Shown piece by piece: positions 1 to 11,612 of a DNA stretch of 64,000 nucleotides. The notes beneath the pieces were generated by a model that did no database searches, was not told where the DNA came from, and was given only the letters and a program-made list of their open reading frames with translations. How positions within the stretch are numbered: position 1 is the stretch's first letter; every line of letters starts with the position of its first letter. This stretch comes from Vezdaea acicularis (Eukaryota), in the NCBI GenBank assembly GCA_026025075.1, contig JAPEUI010000001.1, positions 124,001-188,000 on the forward strand, in the 5' to 3' direction. The position numbers and the translations under genes are program-made.

Positions 1-1662
1 CCTGTATACGGCCGTATTTGAGAAATCCGAATAGCCACCCCTTCCAGCCCAGGTGGATGATTTGCAAGCACACGAGTTGTAGATGCCAAAGGTCTGGGCA
101 ATGATAACATATGTGAGCCAGCAGGTATTGCTGACCTCCAAGATGACGAGGAAGCCACGAAGCGCATAAAATGCCCTGCGTCGGCGTGGGGAGCTATGAA
201 GCTCGTTGGGCCTAGTTGCAGTCCACCCAACAAGCTCGAAGATGAAGGCTGTCCCCGAGAGTATGCCAAATATCATGTAACCGCCAGAGCGACATCCCAG
301 ACCCACTGTCGGCGTATTGTAGGAGATGACCACGGCTCCCATGGTGGAAGCACCAACAATGCCAAAAGCGAGAAGGATCTGCCAAAACTCCGTTGGGGCG
401 AAGATCCAGAGGGGAAAACCCGGTTTGTTCTTGGGATTCGCCATCGAACCGTTCTGATAGTATTTGAGAAGACCGCGTTCCCTCGACCCCAGATTAAATT
501 GGAGATCAGTTAATAGCGAGTATGCAATACCGTAGTGCCATTTTTTGCGAGCTTGTCCACAGAAATCAGTCAGAATTGCGTTGCTACGTTGGCTTGGCTC
601 AGGGCATATATCGTCTGCCTGATCTAAAAACTTCTGTAACTGCTCTTTCGTATGGTCGCTGTGCGTTGGGCTCTGGTCTACGAGAGAGGCTGATATCAGA
701 ACCGGTAACCAGCTCACTAGTAAGCCAAGAGCAAGGTTGTGTGCCGTTGACTCGTCCCCTATTTGGCCGAAAGCTTTCTGGATTGACAAGACTAGTGCGA
801 CAAGAAACCAGAAGAGCGAGACCAGGACCTGCACAACGCCATGTTTTCGTCCGCGGCGAAGAGAAGCCCCAAGCTTGCGACGGCGCGCAATCATGAAGTC
901 ATTTCTTGAGAAGAGTGCAAACTGTAGAAGGAACTTGACAGCCTCCGGTCGATGATGTTGGAAGTTGTACTGGTTGAGGACACAGAGGATGTAGAGAGAG
1001 TCTCGTAATTCGGCAAATGCGTTAACTTCCTCCATCTCTTCCGGCGTCATCCCTCTTATATCAGGCCACTCTTTAGACTCTCCTGGCCGCCTCCCAGTGA
1101 TGGACTCATCTAGTATTCGCCTTCCTTCACCCTTGAGCTGCTTCCATAATCCGCGTTTGTGATAGCCTGGTAACTCATGTCGTGGCACGGACATGTCGAC
1201 TATCAATGAGCATTTCTTCGTTATCTTCATGTTCCAGAATGAGATTGTCAGCGTGGCGACAGGATTTCCGACCCATCGGCAGAGCACTAGAAGAGTGGAG
1301 AAGACCTGAGTGCTCTCAAAGGGAGCCTGAAGGATCAGACCGCCGCATATTGGAAGCACCCACGTAGTGATGGTGTCTGAAGCAGTGCTCCAGGAATATA
1401 TCTGCGGTCCCGAGCCACAAAAGGCTTTGCAGCCTTCAGTCGTGATCAACAATGGAGGGGTGTGCCCTGGACGAAGGCCATCGGGACGTTTTTTGTAGAT
1501 GTACTTAAGGGCTGTCGAGTTCCCACTGTTGACAGCCGCCACGAAGTCGGCGCCGCACTGGTCGAAACTGACGCTGGCCGCTATAAGATCTGGCCATAAT
1601 GCTAAGAACAGAACAAGAAGTAAGAGAGCGCTTGAAAGTCTCAAAGAGCCACCAGAAGCCAT
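1..1662 (-). CDS. Fungal multi-pass membrane protein of unknown function, 3' end outside the window
   Basis: Not in the ORF track because its stop lies outside the window. Manual translation is open from ATG 1662 to base 1: signal-peptide-like MASGGSLRLSSALLLLVLFLALW, then ITTEGCKAFCGSG, TITTWVLPICGGLILQAPFES, LCRWVGNPVATL, TAHNLALGLLVSWLPVLI and QTFGIYNSCACKSSTW, with several hydrophobic segments. Confidence 0.85.
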   Translation of the reverse strand, partial: MASGGSLRLSSALLLLVLFLALWPDLIAASVSFDQCGADFVAAVNSGNSTALKYIYKKRPDGLRPGHTPPLLITTEGCKAFCGSGPQIYSWSTASDTITTWVLPICGGLILQAPFESTQVFSTLLVLCRWVGNPVATLTISFWNMKITKKCSLIVDMSVPRHELPGYHKRGLWKQLKGEGRRILDESITGRRPGESKEWPDIRGMTPEEMEEVNAFAELRDSLYILCVLNQYNFQHHRPEAVKFLLQFALFSRNDFMIARRRKLGASLRRGRKHGVVQVLVSLFWFLVALVLSIQKAFGQIGDESTAHNLALGLLVSWLPVLISASLVDQSPTHSDHTKEQLQKFLDQADDICPEPSQRSNAILTDFCGQARKKWHYGIAYSLLTDLQFNLGSRERGLLKYYQNGSMANPKNKPGFPLWIFAPTEFWQILLAFGIVGASTMGAVVISYNTPTVGLGCRSGGYMIFGILSGTAFIFELVGWTATRPNELHSSPRRRRAFYALRGFLVILEVSNTCWLTYVIIAQTFGIYNSCACKSSTWAGRGGYSDFSNTAVYR

Positions 1663-3295
1663 AGGAATAGGGCGAGAGGGTTTGCTAGCCCAACTGGACA
1701 GCCAGTCGCTCCACGCTGAAGAGAGAGATAATATACAATCTCAGAAAAGAGCCGTAGCCCAGCTATAGCTCGTAACATCTTCAACTACGAACGCCAGTGT
1801 CGACAGCTTCTCTTAAGAGAAAGTGAGCGCGTGTGATACGCTAAGTCTCCAAGGATGCGAGGGGGCGTGAAACTCAATGGTGTTCCCAGGATGTCCTATC
1901 AAGATTCTGCCTGTAGCGACGCTACACGTGTCTGTGCTCTATGAAGATAGGGTTTGACTGTAGGCAGGTTGAGGGGAGGCAGTCCGACATTTCACGACTG
2001 CTCTCGTCTCATTGGGCCGTTGTTCGAGCCCTAGTGAGAGCCACATCTGGACCATCGACGAGATGGAAGGATACCACCAATCAGATGGAGGCGGAAAGGC
2101 GGTATGGAGGCGGGACGGATCGTGATTCGGCCGGAGCTTGCCCGTCTCCTCGACCGCGGAGTATTAGTGGGCGCACGCGATAAGACGCCCGATTAGCGAC
2201 TAAATGAGGCGGGGAGCTGAAGAAATTCCCCACCACCGCGGGTTTGGGGACTAAGGCTCGCCCCCGCTGGTTCAGGAACGAGATGAGAAGAGGCTTCAAC
2301 ATATTCTATCCAATGCCCATCGCTCGGGACCGGCTTGCTTCAGACGTTCGTAGATCTCTGCTGGAAAGTGGTAGGATCCTTATTCGTCGCCTTGCGTCGC
2401 CTTGGTCTGCCACGGCCGCGCCGACAGAAGTCGCACAACCCCGGCAAGACACGTGAGCAGGACCTGGCGTCGTTTGCTTGTACATCGTGAACATTGATGC
2501 ACTGTGCACGATGGCGTTTCCTACGACGAACCCAGCTTTAGTTAAAACTCGGTGTGTTGTCTTCAACCTGGGAAGAGGGAACCTGCATACGGATTCATCC
2601 ATCCCCGCTGTCGCCGTGAGCCGTGAGCCGTGAGGCTGCCTTCGCATATACTTCAAGTTCTCAGACGTGGTCTATGCTAGGTAGTATGTACCGATAGTCT
2701 TTGTTATATTCAGACTATTCCTTGTTTCTCGTATCAAGCCTTGGCCGCTTCACCGTGGCAATCGGCGACTGAGAGGGGGCGTATTCGAGAGTGATCGAAG
2801 TACTCCATGTGGGCAAAGCTCAAGCGATGGCCATCTTGTTTGTCTATGGTCATTCTTGGAATGCATGTGTCGGACAAAATCAAAGCCTTCTCTAAGCTGT
2901 TTCTGTGTCTTATCTCCCCACTTATACGCTTTCCACCGGCTTACTTGGCATTTTTCTGAGAGTCCCAACTAGCTCAACCTTTCAGCATACAAGGGACGCT
3001 GTGTTGCATTATAGGATCGATTGTCGATTGAACATGCTGGTTCACAGTGTAAAGACGCCCTCTTGTCATTGCCTGTGCATTTACAACGCGGCCTTCTGTC
3101 CTCTATATCGCTTTCGTTATGTGAGCTTACCTTCATTAAGAAGCAGGCCTCACGTCATTTGAATGGGCTCCCATTGTACGAGAGACCCTCCGTTATATGA
3201 GTGACAGTTTAGACTATCGGCAATCTCCAGTTAGGGTGGCATAAATCACAGGGTCATGGGTAGGTTTAGGGTAACTATCGTCTCATCACGTATCA

Positions 3296-3477
3296 ATATG
3301 ATCATGAAAAGGAGCGTCCAATAGACAAGGGACGCGGGTCCTTGAAGCGTCTATATATGATCATGAAAAGGAGCGTCCAAATAGACAAAGGACGCGGGTC
3401 CTTGAAGCGTCTATATATGATCATGAAAAGGAGCATCCAGTTAGACGGAGGACGCCTCGTGTCCTCGAGGCGTCTAA
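3296..3477. repeat. Tandem repeat, about 60-bp unit x3, with internal dyad symmetry
   Basis: Units start at 3296, 3355 and 3415 with atatgatcatgaaaaggagc. Copies 1 and 2 are near identical; copy 3 diverges in its 3' half. Confidence 0.95.
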
Positions 3478-4579
3478 AAGTTTCTCTCTCTAGCAATATG
3501 TCTGGCCTTAGAATGCAAGAACGTGTGGCGAAGCTCGCAATCAAGGTTCCCCACAACATTGATGCAGTCGCCACTGTTGCAAGATTGAGTGACTGAATTG
3601 ACAGCATAGAATTAGCGCCTGGAAAGCACTTCTTGCAACGTTTGTTTGGTTCGCTCTCCGCCTCAATCAATGTAGGAAATGTCATCGAGGAAGCATATTT
3701 TTCCAAGGGGCTGGAGTTCAACGGCGGGGAGGAATTCAATGATGGGGAAGAAAGCCCCCTTCGGGACTAGCTTCCGTGGGGCTTGCTTCGTCATCCGGCA
3801 AAGTCAACGACATGGCGTCCTAAGCCTAATATAACCGATGACTGACATCGGGCTTAAAATTGCCCGCTTTCTGGAGGCTGACAGGCTGGCTCTAATTCTG
3901 ATAATTGGGGGCTGAATTCTTCTCGACACCCTGGTAGAGGCTGTCCATAACGAGTTCGCAGCGCGGGGAAACGTAGCAGCGTTGCAATTCGATATCGCTC
4001 TTGGTCGGAAACGTGTCTAGTTCCGCAATTGAAGTTGCAATTGATAGCGCATTCAACCCTTCGTAGATTTTATATTGCGTGGGCAACGCAATTGCTGATG
4101 AAGCTGTATTCGCGTCTCTGTTGAATAGGGGAAGATCAGCGGGGAGCTTCTAGACTTCGCCAAGGTGCGCCCTTTGATCCCGTTCACACCGACGCTCGTG
4201 AGTCACTCAACCATGCTTGCTATGGTATCCACTATCATCCTGAGCGGGACCGGGATATCATATACTCTGAGTCATGCAACTCTCCTAGGATATGGCCTTA
4301 GGACCAGACGCGCGTGCGATTTCATTTCTTGTTCGGGAAGTGGGACCATCGTTACTTGCAGTTCCATCTGTCCCATGCCGCTTCCTCAGCTGTCTATAAG
4401 TAGAGCCATCTCTACCCTTCCTGTTCCGCTTTTTCTCCATATCAAACTTAGCTCCTTCCCAGCTAATTTGTTTCTCAACCTTGGATCCATTCTTCACACG
4501 ACTCTACCAAGTGAACCCTTACACGTTCACACAATTCCCGTCGCAAGTTGAACAGACCTCCCCCACTACCAACACCACC

Positions 4580-4798
4580 ATGTTGTCCTCAAACACCAAG
4601 ATGAACGACGCAGCCTCTGTCCAGAGTGCCTCCACAACGACTTCCTCTAAATCTACTTCTCAACTTTTGAAGTCCGTCTTTCAACCCTCACGATCGACAC
4701 CATCCAAGACCACGGAGTCTTCTCAGAAGCCGAGTAAGCCTAGCAATCCAACATTGGCTGAGGCCGAGTCCAGAGCTGCCTACTTTTCTCTTCGGTGA
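4580..4798 (+). CDS. Small 72-aa Ser/Thr-rich hypothetical protein
   Basis: ATG in caccATG context after a CA-rich leader, with a TATA-like tctataag near 4393. Protein MLSSNTKMNDAASVQSASTTTSS...AEAESRAAYFSLR. It resembles, from memory, small Pezizomycotina proteins with D.ASV.S.ST and a C-terminal EA.A.Y..R-like motif. Confidence 0.65.
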   Translation: MLSSNTKMNDAASVQSASTTTSSKSTSQLLKSVFQPSRSTPSKTTESSQKPSKPSNPTLAEAESRAAYFSLR

Positions 4799-5609
4799 AA
4801 TCGACAAAGTATATATCTAGAGACGGCCACGATCGCGTCCCAGGTGTAGTCGTATGCACGTGTTGGAAGTAACGGCACAGCGACAGAAGGAAGGATAGCC
4901 CCCCTATCGAGCGCCGCATGGTTTGGATAAACCCGGCGGGCACCTGAAATCGTGGGCGTCATTCATGTTGTTTGACAAGCTCAAAATCGAGCTCATGGGC
5001 CTGGAATTGGAGGCGTGGTGACAGGGTGTACTACGTCAGCACCGGAATTCAAGGGCGTCAGCAGCTGGTAGAGCTTTGTACCGACGTTAGTTCATAAGAT
5101 ACACAAGCCTTGACATGACCATGTCATGGTACGCCCATATAATATAATATAATTCAGAGATGAGCAGCTTTATTCATTGATATCTTCGTCTTCGATGCTT
5201 TCGCCATTGTCATTCGCTTTGCTCATCGCTATGGTGCTCCATACAGAAAGGAGTACTTAGTATGTAACACGGCTTATTGTGAGAATATTATTAGAGGTGT
5301 GGGACCAACAGAGCGAGTAGTACTCTCTTCTACCTCGTCCTCATCGACCATCCCGTTGCTCCCTAGTCTTCCACCCCACTCACATCCATATATCAGGAGG
5401 GCACTATGAGATAAGGAGAATCATATTCTGCCTGCTTCAAGCTTCTAGGATGGAAAAGTCACCCATTGCAACGACTAGGTACCGGTCCCCCACAGGGAGG
5501 ACACCCGCTAGCTTGAGAGCTTTCGCAAGTGAAAGGACCTAAGCGATCATCACGCTGCACATATCTCAGGACAACTTGTTGGATTCAGCTCTATCCACTT
5601 ACAAGCTAC

Positions 5610-7729
5610 TTACAGTATATGTGCATCAAGCACAGCGCCTATGCCGCTCTTGACAGCTTCTACGGCCTTGGGTAGCAGCCGCTCCAGCTCCTCAAATGTA
5701 CTCGCTCGTTCAGCCCATAAGTTTCCGGCAGCCGCTGCTTTTGCTATGCCAGCATAATCTGGGGATGGAGCAAATTCAATATTCAGCTCTTCATTCGTAG
5801 CCTTGGACGTATAACCGTCTGGATGAACGAGGAGTGCCGAGCGCCGGGGCGCATGCCAGCCTGGTAGGTGTTAACAAGTACTATGAAAGGATAGCACCAT
5901 ATGAATACCCTTATTGTTAAGGACAATGGTAAGGACAGGGATTTTGTATCGCTGCGATATCCAATATACGCTGCCGGGAACGCTAAAAAGAAATGTTCCG
6001 TCACCAACTATCTGACACACAAACCTGTCCTCTTCCATATCTTTAGTGGCAAGCTTGACTCCAAGAGCAGCTCCACCACTCCAGCCTAGACCCCCTCCTC
6101 CGCAGTTGAACCACGAGTGAGGGATAGTGGCTTGTATCTGATCGGCAACGAAAACCGTGTTTGTGACAGCCTCGATGATGAATATTGTGTCTTTGGGGAC
6201 CGCTCGACGAACTGCCGCAGTCAAACATGATGAACTGAACCGTCCATCTGAGGCGGGCCTCTTGAGCTCTGCAACAGAAGCAAGACGCTCTTCGTACGAA
6301 GCACGCATTTTTTGAGCCCGGTCTTCGAACCGAGCCTCCATCAGCTCAGAGGAATCTCTTCTCTGCATTGCGATGAATTCGTTGAGCTGTTCCAAAGCAA
6401 CGCCACTTTGAGCTTTATATCTTGCAATTGCGTTTAGATAAAAAACTGGCATCTGTTGCTTCAACGGATCTACGTCAATATGGAAGATCTTAGCTCTCGC
6501 GTTCGGATGACATTGGGTATTGATCCAGGGAACGTCGCAGTCGATAACAAGTATGACATCTGCTGTTCGTATACTATCATCCACACCATACCTTAGCCCT
6601 AGGTACGCTGGGTGATCTGCTGGGAAGCACATGTCGCTTCCCGCAGTGTCGAGAACTCTCAGTCCCGGAATCGCGTTAACGAGCTGTACGAGCTTTGTGG
6701 GGGCCTCCGGGAGCCTTCCACTGTATCCAGTGATTACAAGAGGTGCCGTAGCTTCCAATAGCGCCAGGCCGATATTTCTGACGGCTGGCTGATGCAATGC
6801 TATTGGCACAACAGGATCCCAGTGCTCTTTATTTAGCTCATAGGGGGTTATTTCTTCTTCCATGACCTCTCTTGCGCCCATTAAATATACCGGCCCCTTT
6901 GGATCGCTCATTGCAAATTGAAGTGCCCTGCCGACCATCTGTTTGACGTTCTTTGCACTCTTGATTTCTCCGGTATATCGACAATATTGGCTAACTATCT
7001 GCTTTTGATCGGGGACATCTTGAATCCAATGGATGTATTCAGTCCTCGAGCCCCTCGACTCGCCCTCTATAGTAAAGGGAGAGAGACCAGCAAATATGAG
7101 CACTGGCACTCGCCCACAAGACGCATTGTGAACTGCAGCTCCAAGTCCTTGAGTGCCCTTTTCGCTGTCAGAGATCAGGAATCATGCCTTATAGCCTTTA
7201 GACTCTAGAAAGAAAAGTGGCAATTTTTCTTGCGAGATTGAGATTTTTCCAAACCTTCCCAATTCTCGTTGCCAGTGACAAAGCGAAAACACTGAATGAA
7301 AGGACGTACAACGTCCACATGTATAATCACTGCCTGAGGTTTGTTCGTATAGCGGGCATATCCATCAGCCATGGAAAGCGCCACCCTGTGGGTAAGTTAG
7401 TGTCTGATTTCGAAGTAAAAATCTATCAGCAAGACCTAAATTTCGTTTGGACAAGTAAATATCCTTGGAAACTTTTTAGGAGTTTCTTTGGTGCCTTTGA
7501 CCATTGCCTCTAGGATACTGGGATGGTCCGACCCAAGGTTCACGAAGCAGTTCTCGACCCCCAACTGCTCCATATTTGAATTAGCTTAGACATCCGTGTA
7601 ACAACTAGTATGAAAAGCGACCCACCTCCCACAATGCTTCGAAAAAGGCAAAGGATGCTGTGTACCTAATGGGACATTCAGTACTAGAAACACTGTAGAG
7701 TAGGCCTGCGGCTAATAAGTAGAATACAT
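5610..7729 (-). CDS. Thiamine-diphosphate-dependent enzyme (acetolactate synthase/decarboxylase superfamily), 6 exons; intron 3 has a non-canonical donor
   Basis: Spliced N-terminus MYTASFAFFEALWELGVENCFVNLGSDHPSILEAM...TCPNEMVALSMADGYAR; TPP-binding motif IVGDGTFLF...LNNKGW. Introns 7666-7727, about 7566-7625, 7386-7439, about 7168-7309 and about 5861-5908. Confidence 0.85.
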
Positions 7730-8036
7730 GGTATCTATGTCAAACTGGAATCCGATATCACGCTATTTGCAAGTCGTCTTGGTGACGAAGATAACGGGCT
7801 GCTCGAGTCGGTGAATCAGTCAATTGGTTGCATACATCTGTTGCCATCAAATGCGGAGAGAGTAAATACGATATGGGTTAAGCCGAGGATAAACGGAGCA
7901 AGTCCGGGAACCCCATGTCTCGTCTAATTGGCCAATTGCGCTTTGGACAGGGATCGCGTCTTACCGTGTTTCTACGCGCTTTACGTCCCGCCAGCTGTGA
8001 AGAGGGCAACACTCCATCATTCGAAAGGTTGACCCG

Positions 8037-11000
8037 ATGAGCTCCATGCCATGTCCAATCCCTTCGTCATTTGATCCCGCGATACACCTTCACTCAGAGG
8101 GCCTAGCTCCATTTAAAGGAGTACCATCGCCGCCCCCAACGTCTGATGACCTTGAAGCGCTTCACCTACAACGCGCTGAAGCGACAGCGTTAAAGACCAA
8201 GGAAGGCATTGTGATTCAGCACCGAGCCTGGAACCTGAGAGACGTTTTCCAAAGCGAAGAAGATCATCGAAACGGTGTGTTTTCCCCAATGCGGCCACTC
8301 TTTCGTGCGAGGAAGACCCCACCGCCATATGATTATTTGTCTAATGGTCTTTAATCGAATAGATTCCCCCTTAAGGAAGCGTGTCAAACTCAGCTGTACT
8401 CACCTTAGCCCGATCAGCTCTGAAGCCGCAGTCTCTCCACTACGCGCCCTCTCCTCTATGGCTCCAATCTCGTCTCCAGTCCAGTACCCTCTGAGCTCTT
8501 CTCCGCCTCAGAACTTTCTCAAGAAGACCTGCGCACCTATTAATCGACCTAAAAAGACGCTTGCTGGCTTTCTTATAGATGATGACGAAGATGAGGAGAA
8601 CTCGCGAATGAAAGCTCTGGGACCCGAGACGGAAGTACACGATCGGACCTACCTTGAATCCATAGGAAAGGGCTCTAAGAAGGAGATCTTCGAGCGTGCG
8701 AAGCAAAGGAATCCCGATGAGAGTATCCTTCGCTCCCGAGCGCTGCGGGAGCTTGCGTCCAGCAACCGCCAACGTCCAATCCCCACTGAAGAACCCACTG
8801 CTTCTCCGTACATCTCACCCTCAACAGCTACGAGCCATGGGGTTAGGTCCGAAGGGGGCCTTGTCATTCGGACTTGCTCAGGCCAAAGCTTCAGCTGCAG
8901 GTCAAAGCTACGAACTGAGGAGCTTTCGTATGAACAGGTGATCGCTGCAAGGTCTAGGACCGATCCTGGTCGCGCAAAAAAAAGCTACTATGGAATAGAC
9001 ATTCACAACCTCCTAGATGATCATGCTCTAGAGAAGAGAGACACCCAGTCAGGACCGTCCGAAACGCAGATTTCGCCTCCTCCCTCTTTGGAGATATCTT
9101 CCTCGAAGCCACGAAGGACGCTAATGTGGACGGAAAAGTACCGTGCACGAAAGTTCACGGATCTTGTCGGAGACGACCGAACACATCGGCAGGTTCTGAA
9201 ATGGGTTAAGGGCTGGGACCCTATCGTGTTCCCAGGATCTCGGAAACAGCCAACAAGGAAGAAAGTGGGAGAGGGAGAAGAAAAGCCACATCGAAAAGTG
9301 TTACTCCTTACTGGACCTCCTGGCCTGGGAAAAACCACTCTTGCACATGTTTGTGCACGTCAGGCCGGTTATGAAGTCCAAGAGATCAACGCAAGTGAAA
9401 ATAGGAGTAAGGACGTAATTGATGGGAGAATTCGAAATGCTGTGGGGAATGGTAACGTTAGAGGACTAAAATCTAAAACTACCACCGGTGTTGAAAGGAG
9501 ACCTGGTCGGCCAGCGTGTATTGTTGTTGACGAGGTGGATGGAGTAGTTGGTGGTTCAGGAAACGAAGGGGAGGGGGGATTTGTTAAGGCACTAATCGAC
9601 CTCATTCTCATCGATCAGAAGAATTCATCTCCCATTTCAGCATCCACGACCACAACACGACGAAAAGCGCAAAGAAAAGGGGAGAACTTTCGACTTCTCC
9701 GCCCGTTAATACTTATTTGTAATGACGTTTACCATCCAGCCCTACGACCCCTCCGGCAATCGAACCTGGCAGAGATCGTCTACATGCGGAAACCGCCCCT
9801 CAGCGTGGTCTCAAACCGACTCAAGGGCATCTTCGAGAGGGAAGGTTTCCCGTGCGATGGCGATGGCGTACGGAGGCTTTGTGAAGCAGCCTGGGGCATC
9901 AGCAGCAAAAGAAGTGCAGGCTCAAATGACTCTGGCGCAGGAGAAGGGGATATTAGAGGCGCGATAGTTGTCGCAGAGTGGGCGGCTAGCAAGCTACGCG
10001 CAACAATGACTTCCCCAAAAGATGGTCCGGCCCGACTGACACGAAGCTGGGTCGAAGAGCACATGGTTGGGTATCTTTCTGGTGGGAAAGGGGGTACCCG
10101 GGGGCTAGGGCGCGGCGGATCCAAGGAGGTTGTTGAACGAGTATTCAAGCAGGGCGCAGGCTTTCCCAATGCACCTAATACCGAGCTTCCTGAGACGTTC
10201 AACCTTGGGCCTGAAAACAAAATTGGCGTTGCGGAGATGGGAAAGAGACATGCAATGGAGTGTTTGCGCGGACTTGTCGACGCGTGCGGCGAATCTGATC
10301 GAGTCATGACTGGTGAGCGTCCTTATGATCAAGACCTTGAGTATAACTAATAGTAGTGAAGACTGTTTCACCACCTTTCCAACCCACCAATTTCAAGACG
10401 ATACTGTCCTCTCCAAACCCTGCTCCGCTTATGACTGGCTGCACTTCCACGACAGCATGTCCTCCAGAGTATTCACGGGCCAGGAATGGGAACTAGCCTC
10501 CTACCTTTCACAGTCAATCCTCGCGTTTCATGACCTCTTTGGCTCCTCCTATAAGTCTCAAAACCTAGGCGATGAATCCAACTCTCTAGACGAGGACGCA
10601 ACACCATTGCCTTTCACTGGACCTCGTGCCGACTGGGCCGCGCATGAAGCAGCAAAGCATAACAAGTCTCTATTACAGAGCCTACAAAGTAACCTCTCCA
10701 TATCCCTTACGCGATCCTTCCGTTCTCCCTCCGCTTTGGCCACAGACCTCCTCCCGTACCTCAATCCTCTCCTAAGCCCGGCTGTGAAGCCTGTTGTCGT
10801 TGGTGGCAGCGGTGATCAGCGGGGCATTGCCAGCGTGCGTAAAGATACCGAGCGAGCAATGGTCGAGCGCGCCGTCAGAGTCATGACCGAAGTTGGAGTC
10901 ATTTTTGAGAAAGGCCGAGTCGAGAGTGAGCTAAATGGTCGCAATCCTGTGTGGGTGTATCGCATGGAACCTCAGCTCGATACACTTGCCGAGTTTGAGA

Positions 11001-11401
11001 CGCTTACGAGGGCAGGTGGGATGCCCCCTGCCACGAGGTATGCCGTCCGCCAGGTCATGGATCAGGAATTCCAGAAGGAGCAGATGCGAAGACAAGAGAA
11101 GGCGAGACAGGCAAGATACCTCGCGGGAAATCCGTCAGGAGAAGATCACGAATGTGATGGCGTTCTGCCAGGTAAAGTTGGCTCCAAGGGAGCTGAAGAT
11201 GGAAAATCTAGAGTAGCGGGGGTGAAGAGGGATTTCTTTGGGAGGGTGCTCGGAGAGGGCGAGGAAGGGACAACAAGGAAGAAGAGGAAGGGTATGAAGG
11301 GCATGGTGGAGGAGAACAAGGTGTGGGTCAGCTTTCATGAAGGATTTTCGAATGCCGTGAGGAAACCAATTACATTGGAGGAATTGATGATAGGGCTGTG
11401 A
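8037..11401 (+). CDS. CTF18: Chromosome transmission fidelity protein 18 (RFC-like clamp loader subunit)
   Basis: MWTEKYRARKFTDLVGD, Walker A GPPGLGKTT, EINAS, Walker B VVDEVDG, LILICND, and C-terminal VWVSFHEGFSNAVRKP. Introns 8275-8362 and 10313-10361 join three ORF-track pieces in frame. Confidence 0.95.
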
Positions 11402-11612
11402 AAGAGACGACCATGAAGTGCTTTCCTGCACAGTCTATGGGTAACATAAGCAACGGAGAGAATCCTTTTGAATATATTTGAGTTGTTCTGTACGAGACCT
11501 GTGCCATGATTATGACCGAATGAGCTGACGGGGCGACGAGCGACTGGGCCGTTTATATGGACCCCACTCAAGCGAGATAGCTGCTTTTACCTCTAGATCT
11601 CCCTTCTCTGCT

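Noticed and set aside
3231..3271. Telomere-like TTAGGG hexamers
   Set aside because: Only two isolated copies, not tandem.
3296..3477. CRISPR array or hammerhead ribozyme; also ORFs 3302-3739 and 3342-3596
   Set aside because: Eukaryotic context, no unique spacers or cas genes, and no CUGANGA/GAAA core. The ORFs merely run through the repeat.
7168..7309. TPP riboswitch in intron 4 of the TPP-enzyme gene (minus strand cctgatct..cagcgaaaag, plus a tggcaa-cgag..ctcg-ttgcca stem)
   Set aside because: The essential CUGAGA segment and P5 loop are absent, and the resemblance is explained by the CTGAC branch point and acceptor. An Infernal search with the TPP model would settle it.
8037..8362. Frameshift or separate upstream ORF at the CTF18 5' end
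   Set aside because: Resolved by a canonical intron at 8275-8362 that restores the frame.
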